Assembly (NCBI GenBank): GCA_007129945.1
Contig: SKUN01000087.1
Location: 21,985-85,984 of the forward strand
DNA from: Bacteroidales bacterium
GTDB taxonomy: Bacteria > Bacteroidota > Bacteroidia > Bacteroidales > UBA7960
Direction of reading: 5' to 3'
DNA length: 64,000 nucleotides
The notes below the pieces were generated by a model. That model saw only the letters and a list, made by a program, of their open reading frames with translations, had not been told where the DNA came from and did no database searches. Position 1 is the stretch's first letter. Each line of letters starts with the position of its first letter. The position numbers and the translations under genes are program-made. Below are positions 35,867 to 44,625 of the stretch, piece by piece.

Positions 35867-36300
35867 GTAACATTCGACCCACCCGACCCCGTCGGGGTCG
35901 GAGTAATATGTGACCCCGTCGGGGTCAGAAAAGCAAACGTCCAGTACAAATAGCCACGAACATGAGGCCACTTGGGGGTCGGAAAAACAAACAACCAACA
36001 ACCGCTTCGCCCGTTTATCAAGCTATTGGCAGCTTTCCTGACCATGGCCAATGAGAACCAACAACTGTCGGCGCTGCGCGCCGACCAACCCATAAAACCA
36101 CATAACAATGAGCCAACGATCCAAAAACCGTCCGACCCCGAAGGGGTCACCCGTCACTAACCCCGGCCAACGATCACAGAGCCCTAAGAACCCGAAGGGG
36201 TCACCCGTCACTAACCCCGGCCAACAGCCTGATGACCCTCAGACCCCGAAGGGGTCAAACATCACTTACCCTCCGACCCCACCGGGGTCGCACATCACCA
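35867..36300. repeat. Locus R3: array of GACCCC-NNN-GGGGTC hairpins plus shared mosaic modules, between hisG and the conserved part of hisD
   Basis: Hairpins at 35883-35901, 35911-35927, 36134-36148, 36188-36202 (degenerate), 36242-36256 and 36274-36290. GTCGGCGC-TGC-GCGCCGAC at 36067-36085. An identical 35-mer occurs at 36137-36171 and 36191-36225. Confidence 0.88.
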
Positions 36301-37562
36301 TCCTCCCCAACATCACCCGCAAGGACTATGAAAAATTACTCAGCCGTCCTTCCACGGATGCTGCCGGCCGCGAGGAAAAGGTCAGCCAGATCATCCGGAA
36401 GGTAGAAGAAGGCGGAGACAAGGCCCTGCGCAAAATATGCCTGGAAATTGACGGGCATGCGCCACCGGAATTTGAGATCCCCCCCCGGGAGCTGATACAG
36501 GCCGGGAGGGATGTGGACGAGCACCTGAAAACCGCTGTAAGGCAGGCCATGACGAACATCCGGAGCTTCCATGAGGCTCAGCTGCCAAAGCCGGTAACAA
36601 TGGAAACCATGCCTGGTGTTAAATGCAGCATCCGCTACACACCTATAGAAAAGGTAGGTCTCTACATTCCCGGGGGAACAGCCCCCCTGCTTTCCACTGT
36701 ACTGATGACTGTCATACCGGCCACCATAGCCGGATGCAGTGAAATCATCGCCTGTACTCCTCCCGGGGCCTCACCGGAACTGCTCTTTACTTTAAGCCTT
36801 TTTAATATTCGCGTTTTCACTGTGGGCGGAGCCCAGGCCATTGCCGCCATGGCTTGCGGTACAGAAAGCATCCCAAAAGTGGACAAAATATTTGGTCCGG
36901 GTAATGCCTGGGTCACCAGCGCCAAGATGCAGCTGGCCGGTCGCGGGCTGGCCATTGACATGCCCGCCGGCCCGTCGGAGGTTCTGGTGATCGCCGACAG
37001 CACGGCCAACCCGGCATATATAGCTGCCGACCTGCTGTCACAGGCCGAACATGGTGCCGACAGCCAGGTGATTTTGCTGGCCGATAGCATGGACCTGATC
37101 CGCAAAACCATCACAGAAATAGACATCCAGTTAACAAGCCTTTCGCGCAGGGAAACCGCCAGCCAGGCATTGAAGTATGCCCTGGCCATCTGTGTGACAG
37201 ATATCATCCAGGCCCTGGATATCAGCAACTATTACGGACCTGAACACCTCATCCTTTCCGTAAAGGATGCCCGTTCCGTAGCAGAACAGGTTACCAATGC
37301 CGGTTCTGTTTTTTTAGGCAATTTCAGCCCTGAATCCGCCGGTGATTACGCCAGCGGCACCAACCACACTCTTCCCACCGGGGGAGCCACCAGGGCATGG
37401 AGCGGCATCACTACGGCGGCATTCATGAAAAGCATTACCACCCAAGAGATCAGCAGGGACGGATTAATGGGCCTGGCACCCACTGTGCTGCAGCTGGCCC
37501 GGGCTGAACAGCTGGACGCCCACGCCAACGCTGTTCTTCAGCGAATACAAACAGAAAAATGA
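36108..37562 (+). CDS. hisD: Histidinol dehydrogenase (start codon uncertain; the ATG-initiated ORF carries a ~55-aa repeat-encoded N-terminal extension)
   Basis: Conserved HisD sequence begins near ...KDYEKLLSRP (about 36315). The only in-frame ATG/GTG/TTG after the upstream stop at 36093-36095 is ATG 36108. Confidence 0.85.
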   Translation: MSQRSKNRPTPKGSPVTNPGQRSQSPKNPKGSPVTNPGQQPDDPQTPKGSNITYPPTPPGSHITILPNITRKDYEKLLSRPSTDAAGREEKVSQIIRKVEEGGDKALRKICLEIDGHAPPEFEIPPRELIQAGRDVDEHLKTAVRQAMTNIRSFHEAQLPKPVTMETMPGVKCSIRYTPIEKVGLYIPGGTAPLLSTVLMTVIPATIAGCSEIIACTPPGASPELLFTLSLFNIRVFTVGGAQAIAAMACGTESIPKVDKIFGPGNAWVTSAKMQLAGRGLAIDMPAGPSEVLVIADSTANPAYIAADLLSQAEHGADSQVILLADSMDLIRKTITEIDIQLTSLSRRETASQALKYALAICVTDIIQALDISNYYGPEHLILSVKDARSVAEQVTNAGSVFLGNFSPESAGDYASGTNHTLPTGGATRAWSGITTAAFMKSITTQEISRDGLMGLAPTVLQLARAEQLDAHANAVLQRIQTEK

Positions 37563-37581
37563 TCATTAAAAACCCATTACC

Positions 37582-39309
37582 ATGCGCTTTGACCTGCAAT
37601 CATTGATCCCGGAACATATCGCGGAACTGACCCCGTATTCCTCAGCCAGAAATGAATTTGAAGGCAGCGGCTCCGTCTTTCTGGATGCCAATGAATTACC
37701 GGATGCTTTTCCCGGAATGCCTCCCGGCGTGAACCGCTACCCGGGCAAGGAACCACGGGAACTCAGAGAAAAACTCTCAGCGGTTAAAGGAGTGAATCAG
37801 GACAGTATTCTGCTGGGAAACGGCAGTGACGAGGTCATTGATATGATCATGCGTTGTTTCTGCCGGCCCGGTGAAGACCAGATCATGGTCTTTCCTCCTA
37901 CCTTTGGCATGTATGTGGTCCGGGCAAAGGTGAACAACCTGGGGGTGATACCCGTAAACCTTGATGAAAACTTCCGGATCAACCCGGAGAAGGCACTGGA
38001 AAACGCCACTCCTGCCACCAGGCTGATGTTTGTCTGTCATCCCAATAACCCGACCGGGAATGCGCAGACCAAAGAAACAATCATCCGCTTGCTTGAAAAC
38101 TTCAGTGGCATCGTGGTGGCTGATGAAGCCTACATCGACTTCTGCCCCGAAAAAAGCGTGCTTCCCATGATCAAAGATTACCCGAACCTGGTGGTACTGC
38201 AAACCTTCTCCAAAGCATTTGGACTTGCCGGAGCCCGTATCGGGGTGGCTTATGCATCACGGGAAATCATCGGGGTGATGCAGAAAGTAAGCTTTCCTTA
38301 CAACCTGGGGACCACTGCCATCCGGCTGGCTGAAGAAGCGCTCAACAGTTATGCCGTTCACAAAATGAACGTCAGACGGATCACGACCTCCCGCGATGAG
38401 CTGGCCGGCGTCTTCAGGGAGTTGCCGCTGACTGAAATGGTATACCCCTCGGACGCAAATTTTCTGTTGGTCAAAACAAGTAATGCCGACGAGATTTACA
38501 AACACCTGGCGCGGAACGGGATTATTGTCCGCAACCGAAGCAGGGAACCAGGATGCAGCGGTTGCCTGCGCATCACAGTCGGAACGGCTGAAGAAAACCG
38601 GCAACTGGTGGAGACCTGGGCTGCTTATGACCCGCAAATTTTGGAGAAAGAAGATCCAGATGCCTTTGCAACCGCAGGACCAACAAAGAATGCCGGACAA
38701 ATTAAACGGAGTGATGCAGGCAGTCAGACAAAAGTCCGTCAGGCCACCGTACGGCGGCAAACTTCTGAGACCGATATCACGCTCAGGATCAATCTGGAAG
38801 GAAGCGCTTACGCCAACATTCAAACAGGGATCCCGTTTTTTGATCACATGCTGGAACAAATTGCCCGGCACGGCATGATGGACCTGGAGTTGGATGCCAG
38901 CGGAGACCTGGAAGTAGACCCCCATCACACCATTGAAGACACGGCCATTTCGCTGGGCAGGGCGCTCCGGGAGGCCCTGGGTGATAAAAAAGGGATTGAG
39001 CGTTATGGGTTTGAGTTGCCCATGGATGAAAGCCGGGCCAGGGTGCTGGCAGATCTCGGCGGGCGCAGTTACCTGAAGTGGGATGTCCCACTTTCAGGAA
39101 GTCAGATCGGAACGGTACCTACGACCCTTTTTAAACATTTTTTCAGGTCATTTTCCGAAGCCGCTGCCTGCAACCTGCACATTGAAGCCTCCGGAGAAGA
39201 CGACCACCACATGATTGAAGCCGTATTCAAAGCTTTTGCCAGGGCCCTGAAGATGGCAATTGCCGGAAACAATACAGATGCTATGCCCTCCACCAAGGGG
39301 ATGCTGTAA
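37582..39309 (+). CDS. hisC/hisB: Fusion protein: histidinol-phosphate aminotransferase (N-terminal ~350 aa) plus imidazoleglycerol-phosphate dehydratase (C-terminal ~195 aa)
   Basis: The N-terminal part has LQTFSKAFGLAGARIG (PLP Lys). The C-terminal part has TSETDITL...FFDHML...DPHHTIEDT...GEDDHHMIEAVFKA. The linker is ILEKEDPDAFATAGPTKNAGQIKRSDAGSQTKVR. It is a single 575-aa ORF. Confidence 0.9.
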   Translation: MRFDLQSLIPEHIAELTPYSSARNEFEGSGSVFLDANELPDAFPGMPPGVNRYPGKEPRELREKLSAVKGVNQDSILLGNGSDEVIDMIMRCFCRPGEDQIMVFPPTFGMYVVRAKVNNLGVIPVNLDENFRINPEKALENATPATRLMFVCHPNNPTGNAQTKETIIRLLENFSGIVVADEAYIDFCPEKSVLPMIKDYPNLVVLQTFSKAFGLAGARIGVAYASREIIGVMQKVSFPYNLGTTAIRLAEEALNSYAVHKMNVRRITTSRDELAGVFRELPLTEMVYPSDANFLLVKTSNADEIYKHLARNGIIVRNRSREPGCSGCLRITVGTAEENRQLVETWAAYDPQILEKEDPDAFATAGPTKNAGQIKRSDAGSQTKVRQATVRRQTSETDITLRINLEGSAYANIQTGIPFFDHMLEQIARHGMMDLELDASGDLEVDPHHTIEDTAISLGRALREALGDKKGIERYGFELPMDESRARVLADLGGRSYLKWDVPLSGSQIGTVPTTLFKHFFRSFSEAAACNLHIEASGEDDHHMIEAVFKAFARALKMAIAGNNTDAMPSTKGML

Positions 39310-39456
39310 AACTCAAAGGATGCTCTAAAGCTCAAATATGGCCGGCCGGTGATCTGTGCGAGACTGCCGGGAAAGTAAAATCACAAAAATACAGCGCCAT
39401 CGAACCCCCGGCTGGGACACACCGGATCGCTGACAAACACACGTAATTAATCTGTA

Positions 39457-40044
39457 ATGAAACAGAAAATCAAGATCGTACACTACAAAGCCGGCAACAT
39501 TGCCTCGGTACAAAATGCCCTGAACCGGCTCGGAACAGAGGCCGGTCTGGCTGCTTCCCCGAAGGAACTGGAAGATGCAGACAAACTGATCTTTCCGGGC
39601 GTGGGACATGCCAGGCCCGCCATGGAGGTACTCAACCAGCAGGGCATGGACCAGGCCATCAGGGACTTCAGCGGACCGGTACTCGGTATTTGCCTGGGCA
39701 TGCAGCTGATGGCAGCCTCTTCCGAGGAGGGAAACATGAAAGGGCTGGGGATATTCCCGGAGCAGATCAAACGGTTTACGGGTGATCTCAAGATCCCTCA
39801 CATGGGGTGGAACAGTTTGTACGCATTAAAGGGGCCATTATTTAAAGGGGTAGCGGAAAACAGTCATGTGTATTTTGTACACAGCTACTACATGCCACAA
39901 TGCGACCGGGCCATTGCCCTGTGTCGTTATAATCAACCGTTTACGGCAGCCATCAGTCACAATCAATTTTTCGGCCTGCAGTTTCACCCGGAAAAAAGCG
40001 GGAAACCAGGTATGCAAATCCTTCAAAACTTTATTGACCTATGA
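39457..40044 (+). CDS. hisH: Imidazole glycerol phosphate synthase, glutamine amidotransferase subunit
   Basis: GVGHA..., LGICLGMQL (Cys nucleophile) and QFHPEKS. Confidence 0.92.
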   Translation: MKQKIKIVHYKAGNIASVQNALNRLGTEAGLAASPKELEDADKLIFPGVGHARPAMEVLNQQGMDQAIRDFSGPVLGICLGMQLMAASSEEGNMKGLGIFPEQIKRFTGDLKIPHMGWNSLYALKGPLFKGVAENSHVYFVHSYYMPQCDRAIALCRYNQPFTAAISHNQFFGLQFHPEKSGKPGMQILQNFIDL

Positions 40045-40766
40045 TCGCCATCCCAGCCATTGACATTATGGACGCTTCCTGCGTCCGCCTGGTTAAAGGA
40101 CGTTTTGACCAGCAAATGACCTACGACAAAAGCCCCCTCGATACCGCCCGCACCATTGAAGCGGCAGGGATCACCCATTTGCACCTGGTCGATCTGGACG
40201 GGGCCCGGCAGGGCCAACCAGTCAACTTGCAGGTGCTTGAGGCCCTGTCGAAGGAAACATCCCTGCGGATAGACTACGGCGGGGGTATCCGGAATATGGA
40301 ATCGATCTCTAAAATCCTGGAGGCCGGGGCGGAGAAAGTGAACCTGGGAACCTTCCTGTTTTCTGACCCCGACATCCCGAAACGATGCATTGACAGCTTT
40401 GGGCCCGATAAACTGATCGCCGCTGTAGACATCGATAAGGGCCGGGTGGCGGTGAAAGGCTGGCAGCAATCGACCGAAACAGATATTCACACAGCCATCG
40501 AAGCTTTGCTGAAAGCAGGCTGGCGCTACCTGTCGGTGACCGATATCAGCCGCGACGGCACCATGCAGGGCCCGGATCCCGGCTTTTACAGCCCCCTGGT
40601 AAAAATGTGGCCGGCAGCCAGGATCATCGGCGGGGGCGGGGTCGCCTCCATGAAAGACCTTGAACTGCTGAAATCCTGCGGACTCTATGCAGCCGTAACC
40701 GGCAAAGCCGTCTTTGAAGGAAAAATATCCCTCGAAGACCTCAGCCAATTTAACGATCCACCCTGA
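40041..40766 (+). CDS. hisA: ProFAR isomerase (1-(5-phosphoribosyl)-5-[(5-phosphoribosylamino)methylideneamino]imidazole-4-carboxamide isomerase)
   Basis: MIAIPAIDIMDASCVRLVKG...HLVDLDGA. Overlaps hisH by 4 nt. Confidence 0.92.
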   Translation: MIAIPAIDIMDASCVRLVKGRFDQQMTYDKSPLDTARTIEAAGITHLHLVDLDGARQGQPVNLQVLEALSKETSLRIDYGGGIRNMESISKILEAGAEKVNLGTFLFSDPDIPKRCIDSFGPDKLIAAVDIDKGRVAVKGWQQSTETDIHTAIEALLKAGWRYLSVTDISRDGTMQGPDPGFYSPLVKMWPAARIIGGGGVASMKDLELLKSCGLYAAVTGKAVFEGKISLEDLSQFNDPP

Positions 40767-40867
40767 CCCCGAACAACTAACAACCAGCCAGGGCCGTTTA
40801 CCGAACCATTGGCAGCTTTCCCGATCCATGACCCATGAGAACCAATAACTAACTAACCTTTTTGCCC
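40767..40867. repeat. Locus R4: a single ~60-nt mosaic element filling the hisA-hisF spacer
   Basis: CCCCGAACAACTAACAACC...GGGCCGTTTACCGAACCATTGGCAGCTTTCCCGATCCATGACCCATGAGAACCAATAAC shares modules with R1, R3 and R6. Confidence 0.75.
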
Positions 40868-41623
40868 ATGCTTACCAAACGAATCATCCCCTGCCTCGAC
40901 ATTAAAGAAGGACGCACCGTAAAAGGCGTCAGCTTCGGAAACCTCCGTGATGCCGGTGACCCGGTGGAACTGGCTGCCAGGTACTCCGACGAGGGGGCCG
41001 ATGAACTGACCCTGCTCGACATAACCGCCACACTGGAAGGACGCACCACCTTCCTGCGCGTGGTAGAGGAGGTGGCCGCAGCCACTTCCATCCCTTTCAC
41101 CGTCGGAGGAGGCATCGGCAGCGAAGCGGAGGTCGAAAAACTACTCTCAAAAGGGGCCGACAAAGTGTCGGTCAACACGGCGGCCCTCCGCGACCCGGCG
41201 CTCATCACCCGGCTCTCGGATGCCTTTGGGAACCAGTGCGTGGTGGTGGCCATTGATGCGAAACTCATTAATGGCCGCTGGCAGGTGGTCAGTCATGCGG
41301 GTACAAGGTTAACGGACATCGATGCCACAAAATGGGCAACAGAAGTCTGTGATCGAGGAGCCGGGGAGATTCTGCTCACTTCCTTTACGGCCGACGGCAG
41401 CCGCAAAGGCTTTTCCCTGGATATTACCAGTGCTGTGGCAACAGCCGTTCCCGTGCCGGTAATTGCCTCCGGCGGGGCCGGTATTCCAGCACATTTCCTG
41501 GATGTATTCACGCAGGGCCGGGCCGACGCCGCCCTGGCCGCAGGCATCTTCCATTACGGCGTCATCGGCATCCCCGAAGTAAAAACATTTCTGAAAAACC
41601 AAAACATCCCAGTCAGACTATGA
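40868..41623 (+). CDS. hisF: Imidazole glycerol phosphate synthase, cyclase subunit
   Basis: MLTKRIIPCLDIKEGRTVKGVSF...DELTLLDI... ATG 40868. Confidence 0.94.
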   Translation: MLTKRIIPCLDIKEGRTVKGVSFGNLRDAGDPVELAARYSDEGADELTLLDITATLEGRTTFLRVVEEVAAATSIPFTVGGGIGSEAEVEKLLSKGADKVSVNTAALRDPALITRLSDAFGNQCVVVAIDAKLINGRWQVVSHAGTRLTDIDATKWATEVCDRGAGEILLTSFTADGSRKGFSLDITSAVATAVPVPVIASGGAGIPAHFLDVFTQGRADAALAAGIFHYGVIGIPEVKTFLKNQNIPVRL

Positions 41624-41918
41624 AATTCCAAACCTTTAACACACCCAACACCCGGGAGTTCAAAACAAGAATAGCACCCCCCAAATACCCAGTCTGCATT
41701 TTCGAACCTTCGAACTCCCTTCCAGCTTCCACCTTCTACCTTCGAGCTTCCACCTTCTCCCTTCGAGCTTCCAGCTTCCACCTTCCAGCTTCCACCTTCG
41801 AGCTTCCACCTTCGAGCTTCCACCTTCCCCCTTCTACCTTCTACCCTCTACCCTCTACCTTCTACCCTCTACCCTCTACCCTCTACCTTCAACCCTCTAA
41901 CCTCCAAACTCTAACCTT
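41624..41918. repeat. Locus R5: pyrimidine-rich short-unit repeat tract (core 41701-41915) filling the hisF-hisIE spacer
   Basis: Iterated CTTCCACCTTC, GAGCTTCCA and CTACCCT/CTACCTT units. The + strand is almost all C/T. Confidence 0.88.
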
Positions 41919-42569
41919 ATGAACCTCAACAATCTCAATTTCGAAAAAACCGGCGGCCTCATCCCCGTCATCGTACAGGACGCCTCTACCAACATCGTCC
42001 TGATGCAAGCCTGGATGAATAAAGAAGCCCTTACGCAAACCCTTGACAGCGGCAAACTCACCTTTTTCAGCAGAAGCAAAAACCGGCTCTGGACAAAAGG
42101 CGAAAGTTCGGGCAATTTTCTATACCTGAAAGATCTGCTGGCCGACTGCGACAACGACTGCATCCTGGCGAAAGCCGAGCCTGCCGGTCCGGTCTGCCAT
42201 ACAGGGAAAGACACCTGCTTCGGAGAAAACAACCTGCCAGCAAAATATCAACAGACAGTTGCAACAGGCGAAACCGGCAACCCTGCTTTCCTTGAAGAGC
42301 TGGAGCAGTTGCTGAAAAGCCGGCAAGCCGCAGACCCTTCGAAAAGTTATACGGCCAGGCTGTTTGAAGCAGGGCCAAAGCGCATTGCCAAAAAACTGGG
42401 CGAGGAAGCTGTGGAGCTGGCTCTTGAAGCGGAAAGCGGAGATCCGCAACGCTTCATTGAAGAGGCCGCCGACCTGATCTATCACCTGAACGTGTTACTG
42501 ATTGCCCGGGATACGGGCTGGGAAGCGGTGATCGGAGAATTACAGGACAGATATCATCCGGGCCGGTAA
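41919..42569 (+). CDS. hisIE: Bifunctional phosphoribosyl-AMP cyclohydrolase / phosphoribosyl-ATP pyrophosphatase
   Basis: GLIPVIVQD...SRSKNRLWTKGESSGN...CHTG is the HisI part. YTARLFEAG...EEAVELALEA...EAADLIYHL is the HisE part. Confidence 0.92.
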   Translation: MNLNNLNFEKTGGLIPVIVQDASTNIVLMQAWMNKEALTQTLDSGKLTFFSRSKNRLWTKGESSGNFLYLKDLLADCDNDCILAKAEPAGPVCHTGKDTCFGENNLPAKYQQTVATGETGNPAFLEELEQLLKSRQAADPSKSYTARLFEAGPKRIAKKLGEEAVELALEAESGDPQRFIEEAADLIYHLNVLLIARDTGWEAVIGELQDRYHPGR

Positions 42570-42603
42570 TGCCCGGCTTGCCGGTGTTCCCGAAACCCGT
42601 CCG

Positions 42604-44625
42604 CTACGCCTTCATCTGTTTGAAAGCGGCCTTTACATCCTCCACCGGGGCTTTGCAATAACCCATCCCGCAAATATAGATCATGGTTTTGCCGGGCACA
42701 AATCGCTCAGCAAAAACCGGTGGCAATCCAGGCCCGTCAGACTTTCGGGCAGCAAGCAACGCATCCGGCAAAAAACGCTGCAGGAATTTCTCCGATTTTT
42801 CCGTGGCTTGCTCCCCGGTGATCACAATGGTATGGAAAGGAGCGGTGTGATGCAGCAATAAAACACCCCAGTTGGTCATGCTGTGACCATGGCTGCGCAG
42901 CAGGTCCATCATATCTTGCAGCATCCGTGAACTTCGCTGCCCCCATTCCGGTTTCTCATAATAATTGGCCAGGTAAAACAACACCCTGCCCATCACACTA
43001 TTGGAAGCAGGCATCACATTATCAAAAAACTCATAAAACGGAGAGGCCAGCTGTTCAGATTTTTTCGATGAAAATGCCAGCAGATGGGTACCTTCGGCGG
43101 CAAAGTGTTCCAGGGCATGTTCTGTCAGCATACGCGCCGTCTCCAGGTAAGGCAGGTGCATGCTCACCTCATAAAGACGCAGCAAGGCTTTCGACAAAAG
43201 GGCATAATCTTCCAGGAATCCGTCGATGGAAGCTTCACTTCCCCGCAGGGAACGGTAAAGCCGGCCATCTTCCTGCAGAGCATGATTCAGGATAAAATCC
43301 GCTGCCCGCCGGGCCTGTTGCAAAAAACGCTCCTCTCCAAACGCAGCGGATGCATCGGCCAACCCCTCAATCATCAAGGCATTCCATGCCACCAAAACCT
43401 TGTCATCCAACCCGGGCCTGACCCTGTGGCTTCGTACCTCCAGCAACTTCTTCCTGCTGCGTGCCACCAGTTTCCGTAAAGCCTTCACATCCATCTCTTT
43501 TTCCCGGGCGAAAGCTTCATCATCCGGAACCCTCAGCAGGATATTTTTATCCCCTTCCCAAAGGCCTTTCCCACCCACCTGGAAATACTCCCTGATCAAG
43601 GGGGCATCCTCACCGAGTGCCTCATCAATTTCCGGCTCCGTCCATACATAAAACTTCCCCTCTTCTCCCTCACTGTCGGCATCCAGGGCTGAATAAAAAG
43701 TCCCTTCCGGGGATGTCAGTTCCCGCTCCGTAAAAGCAGCGGTATCATACACCACTTCCCGGAACAACGGGTCAGGATCTGTTTTCCAGGCAGCTGCATA
43801 CAACGACATCAGCTGCCCGTTATCGTATAGCATTTTTTCAAAATGGGGGATCTTCCATGCCCCATCGGTAGCATATCGGGCAAACCCGCCGCCCACCTGG
43901 TCATATATGCCGCCCAGCGCCATTTTGCGCAACCCCAGCTGCACCTGTTTCAGGGCTTTTTCCTCCCCGGTTTGTTGATAATAATGCAATAAAAATAGTT
44001 GATTTACGGGCAGGGGAAATTTCGGTGCCCCTTTTGTTCCGCCTTCTGCGGCATCCATTATTCCGATCACATCCCGGTAAATCTTTGCGGCATCCTCCCT
44101 GTCAAACACAGCCTTCTGTTCTTTCACCGGCACAAAAGCAGAATCTGCGAGCCCTTTGGTGATGTTTTCAGCCTGTTGTTCCACATCCCCGTATTGGTCA
44201 TGAAAGAGTTCAGCCACACGGCCCAGGATCTCCAGCCACTGTTCCCGGGGGAAATAGGTGCCGCCCCAGAACGGCCGGCCGTCAGGCAGGACAAAACAAT
44301 TCAGCGGCCATCCGCCCCTGCCGGAAACCAGCTGCACTGCATTCATATATAAATGATCAATGTCAGGTCGCTCCTCCCTGTCCACCTTCACGCAAACAAA
44401 AAAGCGGTTCATCAGCTGAGCCACTTCTTCATCCTCAAAACTTTCCTTTTCCATCACATGACACCAGTGACAGGCCGAGTATCCGATACTGACCAGCAAA
44501 GGCTTCTGCTCCTTCCGGGCTTTGGTCAGGGCTTCTTCACCCCATGGATACCAGTTTACCGGGTTCCCGGCATGCTGCAACAAGTAAGGACTGGTCTGAT
44601 CCTGTAAATGATTTTTGGAGGCCAT
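42604..44625 (-). CDS. Thioredoxin-domain protein of the YyaL/DUF255 family (thioredoxin-like N-terminus plus six-hairpin glycosidase-like domain)
   Basis: [22 protein letters not shown]...[13 protein letters not shown]. 673 aa. Confidence 0.85.
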   Translation of the reverse strand: MASKNHLQDQTSPYLLQHAGNPVNWYPWGEEALTKARKEQKPLLVSIGYSACHWCHVMEKESFEDEEVAQLMNRFFVCVKVDREERPDIDHLYMNAVQLVSGRGGWPLNCFVLPDGRPFWGGTYFPREQWLEILGRVAELFHDQYGDVEQQAENITKGLADSAFVPVKEQKAVFDREDAAKIYRDVIGIMDAAEGGTKGAPKFPLPVNQLFLLHYYQQTGEEKALKQVQLGLRKMALGGIYDQVGGGFARYATDGAWKIPHFEKMLYDNGQLMSLYAAAWKTDPDPLFREVVYDTAAFTERELTSPEGTFYSALDADSEGEEGKFYVWTEPEIDEALGEDAPLIREYFQVGGKGLWEGDKNILLRVPDDEAFAREKEMDVKALRKLVARSRKKLLEVRSHRVRPGLDDKVLVAWNALMIEGLADASAAFGEERFLQQARRAADFILNHALQEDGRLYRSLRGSEASIDGFLEDYALLSKALLRLYEVSMHLPYLETARMLTEHALEHFAAEGTHLLAFSSKKSEQLASPFYEFFDNVMPASNSVMGRVLFYLANYYEKPEWGQRSSRMLQDMMDLLRSHGHSMTNWGVLLLHHTAPFHTIVITGEQATEKSEKFLQRFLPDALLAARKSDGPGLPPVFAERFVPGKTMIYICGMGYCKAPVEDVKAAFKQMKA

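Noticed and set aside
41701-41710. TTCGAACC and similar strings as a hint of a tRNA T-arm.
   Set aside because: They are part of the pyrimidine-rich repeat. No acceptor stem, D-arm or anticodon arm can be built around them, and no tRNA was found in any spacer.
35867-41918. Possibility that the hairpin arrays or short-unit repeats are a CRISPR array.
   Set aside because: There are no constant-length direct repeats alternating with unique spacers of regular size. The units are 7-54 bp with irregular spacing, and no cas genes are present.
42558-42590. The CCGGGC..GCCCGG hairpin spanning the hisIE stop as the his operon terminator.
   Set aside because: The stem is short, no T-run follows, and it overlaps coding sequence. 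It could contribute to termination between the convergent genes, but it is not supportable as a called feature.
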